IMG/VR virus record: IMGVR_UViG_3300046453_000179
Location: 3,125-67,124 of that record
Length of the DNA: 64,000 nucleotides
Origin: a virus
Direction: 5' to 3' (one strand)
Part shown: piece by piece, positions 1 to 10,000 of the stretch
Position numbering within the stretch: the first letter of the stretch is position 1
How the letters are laid out: every line of letters begins with the position of its first letter
The notes under the pieces: model-generated
Database searches by the model: none
What the model was told of the DNA's origin: nothing
What the model saw: only the letters and a program-made list of their open reading frames with translations
Position numbers and translations under genes: made by a program

Positions 1-126
1 GTAGCACACAGTCAGGATGCCAGGCGGGTCGTAGTAGGCGATCTGACGGATGCCTTCGGCAGGTACGGCGATGATCGTGGCCAGCACCGCAGCTGCGGCG
101 GCGCGCTGTTTAGGCGTTGTTGCCAT
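1..126 (-). CDS. SAR-type endolysin (GH24 lysozyme), 5' part only; runs off the left edge
   Basis: ATG at 126 reads MATTPKQRAAAAAVLATIIAVPAEGIRQIAYYDPPGILTVCY: Ala-rich anchor then the E-x8-D-x5-T catalytic triad; follows the holin. Confidence 0.85.
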   Translation of the reverse strand, partial: MATTPKQRAAAAAVLATIIAVPAEGIRQIAYYDPPGILTVCY

Positions 127-349
127 TGGCGCTTCCCGACAATTCACGTTGCGCCACCAGGCGCGCGATCGCGGCCGACATCGACACCACCGAAGCGATG
201 CCAGCGAACACGCCGCCCGGGATGCCGGCCGGCTGCACGAACTGCACACCCACCTCCAGGCCACCGAGGATGGCAGCCAGGATGCTGAATTTCATGGACC
301 AGGCCCGGGTCATCACTGCGCGCCAGTCTTCGATCAGTTCAAGTTTCAT
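110..349 (-). CDS. Putative holin
   Basis: 79 aa, two hydrophobic segments, LIEDWR..RAWS start typical of a proteobacterial phage holin family, overlaps the endolysin start. Confidence 0.75.
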   Translation of the reverse strand: MKLELIEDWRAVMTRAWSMKFSILAAILGGLEVGVQFVQPAGIPGGVFAGIASVVSMSAAIARLVAQRELSGSANGNNA

Positions 350-350
350 A

Positions 351-725
351 TCAGCCTTTCAGTTTGAAGATTCCATACAGCGCGCCGACGGCGCCTGCGA
401 TCGCAATAACCCACCGCGCGGGGCGCTCAAGCCAGCCCAGCACGCGCACGCCGCCGCGCATGCTGTTCATGTATTCCGCGATGTCTTTCAGGGATGGGAT
501 GTCCAACTGCGCCAATTGGCCCAGCTGCTGCTTGATGGCCTCGATCCCTTCGGCAGCCTCGCGGCTGAACGAAGTGTTCGCGGCCAGGTTGCCCTTCATG
601 GCATGCACATCGGCGGCCAGCTTGCCGACAGCGTCCTCGACGCGCCCGATGCGCTCCTCCATCTGCACCATTCGGCGCTGGTTGTCGCCATGACGGGCGC
701 TTTCTACTGCTTCATCTGCTGGCAT
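351..725 (-). CDS. Lysis-cassette coiled-coil protein with C-terminal TM (holin/antiholin-like)
   Basis: Coiled coil plus hydrophobic C-terminus; first gene of the lysis cassette. Confidence 0.6.
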   Translation of the reverse strand: MPADEAVESARHGDNQRRMVQMEERIGRVEDAVGKLAADVHAMKGNLAANTSFSREAAEGIEAIKQQLGQLAQLDIPSLKDIAEYMNSMRGGVRVLGWLERPARWVIAIAGAVGALYGIFKLKG

Positions 726-746
726 ATCTTCCCTTTCGTGGGACGT

Positions 747-770
747 AAAAAAACCCGCCGGAGCGGGTTG
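747..770 (-). terminator. Rho-independent terminator after the tail fibre gene
   Basis: Minus strand AACCCGC-TCCG-GCGGGTT followed by a T-run. Confidence 0.8.
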
Positions 771-788
771 TGGTAAAGCGAGTGGTGC

Positions 789-1967
789 TTATGCGACCTT
801 GACGATGATCCGGGCGCGGCCGTCGTCCTCAATGGCGATCACTCGGCCGATGGCGCGCATGTACTGAGCGAGGGTGATGTCGGCCTCGTCGATGCTCAGG
901 CCGGTGATGCCGTCGCCAGCCCGGACCGGCACGATGAACTGGCCGGGCGTGGCGCCTTGCAGGTTCACCGGCACCTGGCCTGCGAATGCGATGCGGTCGA
1001 CGGTCTGGCGGGCCGTCTCGAGCGCCTCATCAAATTCTTGCTGCTCTACCAGGACTGCGGACAGCGCAGCTTCAAATTCCTCTTGCACTTCTCGGTAGGC
1101 GGCATGCGCTTGTGCCCACTGCGCGTCGGTATCGCCATCCTGCCGCACCGGTACTGTGGGCGCCACAGGCGTTTGCGGGCGCGCGCCAAGGTTCGCCGCC
1201 CAGGTGTCGCCTCCTACCATGCAAGGGCTGGTGGATTTCACCGCGAACGAGATAGCCAATTCCCATTCGTCAGTGAGATGGCCGTCTGCGGCGATGCCGA
1301 TGATCTGACCAGGCGCCACCGTACCGCAGTTGGCTGATTTTGCCATGTACTCGGCGTAATCGGCGCCACCGGCGTTGAGCGTTCCGGCGGCATTCAGGCT
1401 GCGGCCGTTGCCCGTGTTCACCGCTAGGTTCAACGCCGTGCCGTTCGAGCTGCCGTAGGCTCCGGAGCAGACCGCGAAATACGCGCTATTGGCTGCCCGC
1501 AACTTCACCACGCCCTGTTGCTCGGTATTTTCGACCCCAGCATAGATAACACCTGGGGCAGTAAAGCTGGTCCCCACGCGAACGGTCCCGTCCCCCTGAA
1601 TTGCGAGCAGGGTGGGGGTGTATTGTGCCGACTCGGTGTCATAGGCCTTAATTTCAAGGCGGTAGCCTTCCTTTTGGGGAGAGCCATTCCCTTGACTGGT
1701 TAAAAAACTCCAGCATCCTGCCCAGTTGGCGGGGGTCTGCGTTACGCCCAGGCGAAACGGTTCGGACGTCGTTCCGGCAGCAGCGTTTGAAGTAGCTGGA
1801 GGCGCAGTCAAGAAACTCGCAGAAATGCCGGTGCCCAGGAACAGGGTGCCGGACATACGCCCGCCAGTCAGCGGCACCGCGTTATAAGGGCCGGCCGCGA
1901 ACGCATCCCACATCTGGTTCAGCACCTCGATAAAGTTGAGCATGCCCGCTTTGAATTTGTTTGCCAT
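789..1967 (-). CDS. Tail fibre/spike with C-terminal peptidase G2-like intramolecular chaperone domain
   Basis: Likely start MANKFKAG at 1967; GADYAEYM and VDRIAFAGQVPVN motifs; last tail gene. Confidence 0.75.
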   Translation of the reverse strand: MANKFKAGMLNFIEVLNQMWDAFAAGPYNAVPLTGGRMSGTLFLGTGISASFLTAPPATSNAAAGTTSEPFRLGVTQTPANWAGCWSFLTSQGNGSPQKEGYRLEIKAYDTESAQYTPTLLAIQGDGTVRVGTSFTAPGVIYAGVENTEQQGVVKLRAANSAYFAVCSGAYGSSNGTALNLAVNTGNGRSLNAAGTLNAGGADYAEYMAKSANCGTVAPGQIIGIAADGHLTDEWELAISFAVKSTSPCMVGGDTWAANLGARPQTPVAPTVPVRQDGDTDAQWAQAHAAYREVQEEFEAALSAVLVEQQEFDEALETARQTVDRIAFAGQVPVNLQGATPGQFIVPVRAGDGITGLSIDEADITLAQYMRAIGRVIAIEDDGRARIIVKVA

Positions 1968-1969
1968 TA

Positions 1970-2824
1970 TTAATACCCTTCGATTTGAAGTGGTGCGGAG
2001 TAAATGTTGAAACTCGATGCGCTGATAGCGTCGAGGTTGGTGATGCGGCCGTAGACCATGTGCTGCTGCTCCAGCACCGGATCGGCATTCTCTGGGAACA
2101 GGCTGCACAGCAGCGGGCGAACCGTGCCGCACTCGTCCACGATACGGGCCAGCCGCGCGCGGTCGGCCGGCGTCAGAAACTCCAGGTTGATGTTGAGCAG
2201 CTTGTGGCGTGTGCCGACGTTGGTTTTCGCGCCGCCGGCGGCTGTGCGGTACCCCTCGCTGGTATCCACCTGCGTCAGGCTGGCGCCGTAGCTCGCGTTG
2301 TATTCCGGCGCCCAATACATGCCGGCGACCAGGCGCGACACTTCGAGGTAGCCGTCAGGGTTGTCGACCGACGAAAGGTCGATGACCAGCTGACGAACGC
2401 TGACCGGCTCAAACCAGGCCACGCCATCCGAGCCGCCGCCGCGCGCCCAGGTGTTCACACCGCCCCATTTGTAGCCGTTCCAGCCCAGCGGCAGGTAGCC
2501 GAACGGAGAAGCGCCCAGCGGCGCCTCCGGGCATGGAAGCATCAGGCCAGTGTCGAGCACCGGCACCGCGTCGCCCAACCGCTCATAGCCTCGCACGCGC
2601 ATGCGCGCCGAGCTGTTCATGTTCGTGCGCATCGGCGCCACACAGCCGATCAGTTCGGCTGTGGGCCACGTGGCCGTGATCGTCACTCCGGTACCGGTGG
2701 CGCGCAGCACCGCCGACCGCTCGTCGCGCTGCAGGTTGGCCGGGCCCAGCGTGCCGGCCTGGCTCGACGCCGTCAGCACCGCGCGATCGATGGCATTGTC
2801 GTGGAGGATTCGTAGGTTGTTCAA
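1970..2824 (-). CDS. Tail tip / distal tail-associated protein
   Basis: 284 aa ORF abutting both neighbours in the tail operon. Confidence 0.6.
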   Translation of the reverse strand: MNNLRILHDNAIDRAVLTASSQAGTLGPANLQRDERSAVLRATGTGVTITATWPTAELIGCVAPMRTNMNSSARMRVRGYERLGDAVPVLDTGLMLPCPEAPLGASPFGYLPLGWNGYKWGGVNTWARGGGSDGVAWFEPVSVRQLVIDLSSVDNPDGYLEVSRLVAGMYWAPEYNASYGASLTQVDTSEGYRTAAGGAKTNVGTRHKLLNINLEFLTPADRARLARIVDECGTVRPLLCSLFPENADPVLEQQHMVYGRITNLDAISASSFNIYSAPLQIEGY

Positions 2825-3570
2825 GGTAAAATCGCCCCCTCAAGGATGAAATATGCGCACCGGTTATAGGTATCACCGTTACTGCCGTCCCGCGCCTCGG
2901 TGGCGTTGTATTGATAGCGCTGACTGACGATGGTGCCGCTGGAGAGCGTCGTGGTTGACGTGCGCATCCACGCCCCGAGCAGCTGCGTGAACAGAAAGGT
3001 GTTGTTGGTGCCGGGCGCGAGGCCATGAGAACTGAAGTCGTCTGCCGGCGCGCCCATCACTACCGGCCGCGTAACCGACACGATTTCTTGGGGCAACCCA
3101 GTATTAACCCCGCTGCCACGTGGAAAAAGTGGATACGGCTGCGACAGGTCGTAAGCCACCTGCGTTGTCGCCGGGTTCCGAAGCAGCACGCCGCGCGCGC
3201 CGTATTTCGTGGCAGCGGCAAACGCCCAGACATCAAGCTGGTACTGCACGGTGTCCATATTATTTGCGTCAGGTGTGCTGCCGCAGTAACACGTCGCTTC
3301 CCATACCCCAGTTGACACCTGAACGACGCTGATAACACCTACGCGCCGACCGATTGGCAAGTCCAGTGCGACTATGATCGGTGTCGGTGAATTAATGCGA
3401 TACCGGGCATAGCCTCCCACTCGACCCGGGACATCCAAGGTGGGGACACCGGTTGGCTGTACTACCGCACCCTGTAACGCCATCTTGCCAATGCAAACCA
3501 GGCCGATAGCATCCGTGCTGAGCGTGAGCTCCCGAGCGCCATTGCGCAGACGCATGCCGCGTGCGCTCAT
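2821..3570 (-). CDS. Tail-tip accessory protein
   Basis: Likely start MSARGMRL at 3570, overlapping the upstream stop; lies after the J-like gene. Confidence 0.55.
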   Translation of the reverse strand: MSARGMRLRNGARELTLSTDAIGLVCIGKMALQGAVVQPTGVPTLDVPGRVGGYARYRINSPTPIIVALDLPIGRRVGVISVVQVSTGVWEATCYCGSTPDANNMDTVQYQLDVWAFAAATKYGARGVLLRNPATTQVAYDLSQPYPLFPRGSGVNTGLPQEIVSVTRPVVMGAPADDFSSHGLAPGTNNTFLFTQLLGAWMRTSTTTLSSGTIVSQRYQYNATEARDGSNGDTYNRCAYFILEGAILP

Positions 3571-3836
3571 TTGGCGAACAGCGCTACCTGCGCCCCCGCT
3601 GCTGCTGACGGGAAAGCAAATCGCAGGCGACCTGGTGGATTGCTGATTACTGCAAGTGGCGCGCCGCGACCGGTGCCGGCTGAAAGCGCAGTGCCCGTAG
3701 CGCCGGCGAAATCCGGGAAGTCGAAATTTCCGCCACCGGCAGGTACGGTGACAATGCCCAGACAAACCCCGCCAGTAGCTAGCGATGAGTCGAACACCAC
3801 CACGTTGTTCTGTCGCACGCGGCAACCTGTCGTCAT
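3567..3836 (-). CDS. Small tail-tip protein
   Basis: 89 aa with ATGA overlaps; G.RV....VVFDS start typical of genes following J. Confidence 0.55.
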   Translation of the reverse strand: MTTGCRVRQNNVVVFDSSLATGGVCLGIVTVPAGGGNFDFPDFAGATGTALSAGTGRGAPLAVISNPPGRLRFAFPSAAAGAQVALFAK

Positions 3837-5614
3837 GTGATGTACTCCCCAATTTCGATATAGGGCAATGCGTTCAAGCCATCATAGAAATACAGACCTG
3901 TGCCGTTCAGGTCGTAGCCGGCCGCATTGACGTTGCCGATACGAGATGGGCTCTGGATCAGATTGAAATAGCCGCTGACGCCCTGAACAGTTCCTGAGAA
4001 CTTCGCGATGCCGCCAACTACGCTGAAACCTGGAGAAAATATCTCGCCGTCGCTGGTGACCTGGAAATATTTGCCGCTGGCCAGGCGACCAAACAACATG
4101 CCCTCAGGACCGACGTACATGCCGCCTCCGCTGGCCGGCCACGCGTACTGCGTGAACGAGCCGCCGGCGAGATTGCCGCGCAGGCGTACGCTGTTGGCGT
4201 AGAAATCGCCACTGCGCTGCAGGTACCAGCCGCTGCCATTGGCGCCGGCCACCCAGTTGCTCGACCAGATGTCGCCGCCGATTTTTGCATTGGTGATCGA
4301 GGCGTTCTGGATGAATGCGTCGGCGATGTAGACGCCGATGGGGATGGTGACGCCACCGATCACAGTTTCCGTGGTGCGCACGATGAACGGCACCGCCGAC
4401 GGCACAGCGCTGCCAGCCGGGCCGGCGATGAAAAATGAAGTGGCGCGCACGCCAAAATCGATGCGCCCGCCGCCGCCGATCAACTCAAATCCCCCGGCCA
4501 CGCCATCAGCGTCGAGTTGCACGGCATACCGGGCACGCGCACCATCCAGCGCGCTGGCCGTGGCGTCGGCCAACACCTTCACGGCTGCGTATTTATCGAT
4601 CAGGCCCGTAATCGGGTCGTTGAGAATCGCCTGGGCCTGCTGGACGAAGCCGGCCGCCGCCTGCGCGCTACCAGCGGCGTTGCCGGCTGCGCTAGATGCT
4701 GATTGACTGCTTTGCACAGCCGCGCCGGCGCTCTGCCCGGCAGAGGTAGCTGCCTGTGTTGCAACTCCAGACGCACTGCTGGCCGACGCAGCCGAGCCTT
4801 TAGCATCGGTCGCAGATTGCGCCGCTTGCGATGCCGAGACGGAAGCAGCGACAGTGTCGCCCACGGCCAGCTTCAGCTCATCGATTAGGTCAATTTTCCC
4901 GCCCAGGTCGGCGAACAATTGGGACCGAGTGATCTCTCCGGTCAGCACCTGCAGCAGGTGCTCGACCTCGACGGCCGAAGCTCCGACCGTGCCAGTGCTG
5001 TTGTTGTACGGGCCGGGAATCGCCGCGCGCGACACGTATCGGATCCAGTAGTAGCGCGTGATGCCTGGGCCAACCGGATCGGTGAACTCGCGCCCATCAG
5101 CCCGTCCGACCGGCGCTGCCTGGGCGATATCGTTGACGGCGGCCCGCCAGATTTCGGTGTAGTCCAAGTTCGCGTAATTGGCCGGCGGGGCACCCCAGTT
5201 CAGCCGAATCGCGGCCGGCTGGCCGGTGGTGGCCAGGCCGAGGGGCGCCGGTGGCGGGCGCAGGTCCAGCGCCTGCTGTTTCGACACAGTCTGGCGCGCG
5301 GTGTAGGTCAGGCCGTCGATCACGGTGGTCGCAGTGACTGTCACCACGCTGACGTCCATATCCTCGAATTTCAGCACCGCATCACCGTTGGCCACGGCAA
5401 GTGGTACAGCCGGCGAACTATAAAACGTGATCTCGCCCACCGCGCCCAGCATCAGCGCCGAGAACGTGATCGACGCCGGCGATGGCGCACCGGCCACCGA
5501 CACCTCAAACATCGTCGCGCTGGGTGTGAGCAGCAGCGCGCGGTCGATGGGCGCGGCGTAGCGCGGCACGGTGTTCATGATGAGGGTATCGCGCTCGCCT
5601 ACGATTAATGTCAT
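3833..5614 (-). CDS. Tail tip fibre protein (lambda J C-terminal / DUF1983-like, with FN3-like domain)
   Basis: YYWIRYVS FN3-like segment; VYIADAFIQNASITNAKIG and SNW..G..GW motifs of J-family C-termini. Confidence 0.75.
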   Translation of the reverse strand: MTLIVGERDTLIMNTVPRYAAPIDRALLLTPSATMFEVSVAGAPSPASITFSALMLGAVGEITFYSSPAVPLAVANGDAVLKFEDMDVSVVTVTATTVIDGLTYTARQTVSKQQALDLRPPPAPLGLATTGQPAAIRLNWGAPPANYANLDYTEIWRAAVNDIAQAAPVGRADGREFTDPVGPGITRYYWIRYVSRAAIPGPYNNSTGTVGASAVEVEHLLQVLTGEITRSQLFADLGGKIDLIDELKLAVGDTVAASVSASQAAQSATDAKGSAASASSASGVATQAATSAGQSAGAAVQSSQSASSAAGNAAGSAQAAAGFVQQAQAILNDPITGLIDKYAAVKVLADATASALDGARARYAVQLDADGVAGGFELIGGGGRIDFGVRATSFFIAGPAGSAVPSAVPFIVRTTETVIGGVTIPIGVYIADAFIQNASITNAKIGGDIWSSNWVAGANGSGWYLQRSGDFYANSVRLRGNLAGGSFTQYAWPASGGGMYVGPEGMLFGRLASGKYFQVTSDGEIFSPGFSVVGGIAKFSGTVQGVSGYFNLIQSPSRIGNVNAAGYDLNGTGLYFYDGLNALPYIEIGEYIT

Positions 5615-7080
5615 ACCAATACTCCTACGGTAGCTCGACCGGTGATCCAGTTCCGCTGCATCATTACCACCACGCCTGGCGCGCCGGCGGCCAAGCCCCA
5701 GCGCTCATCGCGCAGCTCCACCGGCTGGCCCAGTTCCAGCACCACCAGTTCCGGTTCTCCGTCGAACTCATACACAGTGCGCGGCACGCTGCGCAACGCC
5801 AGGCGTCTTTCTGCCTCGGCGCGCGCGTCGGCGCGCGTTTTCAGGCACGTTTCGATCTGCACTGGGTCGTCGGTCAGGCGGTAACGCGCCTGCACGGCCT
5901 CGTCCACGACCGTCTCGGTCAGCCACTCGGTAGCGTACAGGTCTGCATGCGCCGGCGGGATGCTGGTGGTCAGCGCGGCCTGGACGGTCCAGTTCCGGTC
6001 GAACGCGATTTTTACCGCGGCTACCACCGGCAGGCGCTCGGCTGGATGCAGCGAGTTGGCCAGCATCTGGTTCGCTCCGATCTCCACCGGCACGCCGGGA
6101 GCGGGCAACGCAATTTGCACAAGGTGCAGCTGCCCGGTGGCCGACATGATTGCCTGCGCGCCCACGCTGGCCGCCAGCTGCTGTATGGCCACGGCCTGGT
6201 TGGTCCGGTCGGCCACGTACAGCCCGACCGGCTGCGGATGCGCGGCATCGAATGCGGCCAGGTTCGCGAGGTCGATATCCGCGTCCGTAAAGCGGTCCGA
6301 TTCTTTACCGTAGGCCGTGGCGATCCGCCGCACCAGAGGTGCAACGCGAGGCGCATAGCCGCCGCCGCTGTCACCCTGCACACTAGCCGTGATTACCTGC
6401 GCCTGCGGGTTCGTCGTCAGTTTGAAGCGCCCGGTAGAGTTACCTACCGTAGCCGCCACCGGCTTGCCATTAGCGCGCACCTCGAACGTGGATTCGACCG
6501 CGCCGAGAAATCCATATTCCAGCGCCACCGAGTCGGTGAGTAGCGGCGCCACGTTATGGCACTCGCCGAACGGGATCGGCAGGACCGCGTCCTTGTTGGT
6601 CGACGTGCCGCCCAATTTGGTTTCGCTGATCGGCGTGTTCAGTCGCTGCATTTTGTCGCGCAGCACCAGGTTCACTGCGTCGCGGCTTGAACTGCCGACG
6701 TCATCGACGATGCCGTCGAACACTAGGCGGAAATCCGCGCGCGGCCACGACGGATCACCGGACCAGGCGCGAATACGGCGATTGCGCCACACGTCGCCCA
6801 GCCAGCCATCGAGCGCACCGTCGCCGTTATCCAGCTCAATGTCGCCGCTGGACAGCGAGGCATCCCCGATCAGGTTGACCTGCTCGGTGAATGCCAGCCC
6901 ACCCTTGGCCAGCGGAAGATACGCCGTGTTGGCTGGCGTGTCGCCCGGGCCGGTGACGTACTCGCGAGACGCGATATACCGCGTCACCTCTGCGCCGTCC
7001 ACGTTCACCTCCGCCTCGATCAGCACCATGCGCACTGCGGCTGGGTGTTTCAGCCAGGCCATGAATTGCTCATCGATCAT
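5611..7080 (-). CDS. Tail hub / baseplate-like minor tail protein
   Basis: 489 aa directly after the tape measure gene; P.PFGEC.NV.P motif. Confidence 0.65.
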   Translation of the reverse strand: MIDEQFMAWLKHPAAVRMVLIEAEVNVDGAEVTRYIASREYVTGPGDTPANTAYLPLAKGGLAFTEQVNLIGDASLSSGDIELDNGDGALDGWLGDVWRNRRIRAWSGDPSWPRADFRLVFDGIVDDVGSSSRDAVNLVLRDKMQRLNTPISETKLGGTSTNKDAVLPIPFGECHNVAPLLTDSVALEYGFLGAVESTFEVRANGKPVAATVGNSTGRFKLTTNPQAQVITASVQGDSGGGYAPRVAPLVRRIATAYGKESDRFTDADIDLANLAAFDAAHPQPVGLYVADRTNQAVAIQQLAASVGAQAIMSATGQLHLVQIALPAPGVPVEIGANQMLANSLHPAERLPVVAAVKIAFDRNWTVQAALTTSIPPAHADLYATEWLTETVVDEAVQARYRLTDDPVQIETCLKTRADARAEAERRLALRSVPRTVYEFDGEPELVVLELGQPVELRDERWGLAAGAPGVVVMMQRNWITGRATVGVLV

Positions 7081-10000
7081 GCATACTCTCCTTTCACAGT
7101 AGACGACCAGGCTGACGCCTTGGCCGATTTCTCGACGCCGGCCACCACAGTGCCGGCGGCCTTGGCGTTCGACTCAGTGGTAGCGCGCACCACGGCGCTG
7201 GTCTGGGCCGCCTGGTCAGCACGCAGCCCCTTCACTTCCTCGCGCAGTGCTTTGACCTCCGCTGCCAGCGCATCCGAGCCAGCATTCGACGCAGCCGAGT
7301 ACCGGCTGTAGTCGACCGCCGGCGCGGCGCTGGCCACCACGGCCGGCACGGCCGGGGCTTCGGTGAACTTCACTCCCAAGCCATTGGTCACGCCCATTGC
7401 CACCTGCAACTCGGCGATGGCCTGGGCCACCGTCAGGGTGCCTGCATCAACGCTGTCCTTGAGGGACACCAGCCCGGCCACTTGAGCCGTCAGCGCGTCC
7501 AGGCTGGCCTGCTGTACGTCCACCTGCTGGCTTGCCCACTTGGCCGCTTCCTCGTTTGCCGCAACCACGCGCGCATAATCTGCTGCGTACTTGGCATCCG
7601 AAGCGTTGACCACCTGGGAGGCGGTCAGGAACGCCTGCTCGGCGGCGGACAGCCCGGCCTGCGCCGTCGTGTCGCCAGAATTTGCTGCTGCCAGGGTCTT
7701 CTCGAACTGGGCCAGTGCCTCGGCGTACTTCTGCTCTGGCGTAAGGGTGGACAGGGTGCCCTGCGCCATACTGGCGTTCAGGCCGTTCAGCGTGGTCACC
7801 CATGCTTTCGATTTCTCGATCGCAGTTTTGGCTGCAGTGGCTTCCTTGTCGTACGCCGTGGCCAGCGCATCCTTGGCCGATACCACAGCCTTGGCCGCCT
7901 GCACCTGGTCGAACAGCGCCTTATTCACGTCCGCGATGCCGGCGCGCTGGATGGCCAGCAGTTCCGCGTCGCTTTTCGTGAGTTCGTTGAGCTGCTGTTG
8001 CAGGTCGCGATGCTCACTGGCGATCTCGCTGGCAGTTTTTGCGACTGCTGCGAATTCGCCCGTGGCAGCCGCCAATTCGGCGGCGTAGTCGGCGGCCTGC
8101 TTAAATGGCTCTGCAATTGCAATCAGCTGGCCGTACAGCGCCTGGCCGGCCGCCGTGTTCAGGTCCTGCGCCAGCACCAGCGCCTTGAATTGCTCGTTGG
8201 TGGTGACGCTCGAATACCCGAGCGCGGTCATTGCAGCGCTGACCGATTTGGTGATCGGCGCCATGCGCTCTGCTTCGCTGAGGAAGTTCTGGGCAAAGTA
8301 AGCCGTGCCCGACGTCAGTTTTTCCAGCCCACCGCCTGCCGCAATCAGATCCTGGCTGAGTTTGACCGCACCGAGGCCGGTCGAATTGAACGATTTACCC
8401 AGCACCGCCAGCACGTCATTGACTTGCATCTGTTCATTGGCAACCCGCACCAGCGTTTCCAGATACCCCTCACCCACCTGCTGGAACTGCGCAATGCCTG
8501 CTACACTCCAGCGGGCCATATCGTCGCCCAGTTTTGAGAACGCTGTCTCAAGAGCCTTCTGCTGCTCCTCTCCCGTCAGGTCTTTCAGGCTGATCTTTCC
8601 GAGATCGACAACGAAAGAATTGAGCTGTTCGTTAAATGCCGCGCCGTCCAGGCCCAGCACGCCGGCTGCGCCACGAATGGTGTCACCCATACCGGTGATA
8701 ATCATCGTGAACTGGTCATTCATCTCATCGGACAAGTTCGCGTAATTGGTGTCGCTCTTGTTGCTGTACGTGACGCCGAACGCCTTTTTCTTTTTCTGCA
8801 CATCCGCGTAGGCCTGCGCAGTGAAACCGAGATCATCGATCTGGCCGAGCGACATCGCTTTACCAGTGATGCCCTGGTCAGTGATCGACGTCGTGGATCC
8901 GAAAAGTTTCCCCAACTGTTTGCCCAGCACCGTGCCGAGGACAGCGCCGATGGCCAAACCAAGCGGGCCGCCCACGGCGAGCAGCGAGGTGCTCATGAAA
9001 CTGCCCATGCCGACATAGGCACCGAGCGCGGCGCCGCCCAGGCCACCAGCAGCCATCCCTGCAGCGGTCCCGAGAGATCCGCCTGGGATGGTCGTGCCCG
9101 TTTGAATCCCAGCAGCTGCGCCACCGCCAGCAGCGACAACGCCGCTGCGCGCCAGCAGACCGGCCAGATTGCCAATGCCCGCAACCATCTGCTTCAGCGA
9201 CAGGTCCATCGAAATCGTGTGCGCCAGGCCCAGTCCAGAGTTTTTCTCCATAATGGCCAGGCTATGTGCGATCGAATCTGATTTGGCATTGCTGTCGCCC
9301 AGCACGGAGCCGGTACCATTGGCAGCTTGCCGCTGCTGTGACACACTCGCGCCACCGCCAACGCCGCCAAACATCTTGGCACCGACGGCTACGACTGCCG
9401 CGAGCGTCGCGGCGCCGGCTGCCAGATTTAGCGGGAACGGCAGCGAAGCCATGGCCTTGACCACCGCCGTGATACCCCAGGCGCTGGCCTCGGTCGCTGC
9501 CAGGCCCGTCGACGCCGCCGTCGTGGCCGCCTCGCCGGTAAGCTTCGTGGCGTTCAAGGCCACGTTTGCTGCCACCTCACCTTCCTTGAAAAAGATCTTC
9601 TTAACCATCGATTCGACGGCCATGGTCATCTCGTACGCGCGGAAAGCCTTTTCCGTCGTTTCGAGCAACTTGTAGCCCTTCGAGTTCTCTTTAAAGAAGC
9701 CTTTGGAGGCAGCGGCCATGTCGCCGTAGGATTTGATCTGCGCTTGGGCCGAGGCCTTCGACGCGGCGATTTCCGCCCGGGCGATTTTGTCCGTGCTGCT
9801 TTTCGGATCAGCCTTCACTGCCGCCAACTGCGCGGCCACGGCCTGCTGCTGCACGGCGTAATCGGTCAGCGCAGTGGTCAGGCCACCGATGGCGGTACCG
9901 ACGGTGCCGAACGATGCGGCCATCCCCTCGGCCGCCGACTTCGCTGCGTTGTCCACGGCAACCAGGATGTCGAGCAGTTCCTTGGCTTTCGCCACACTGG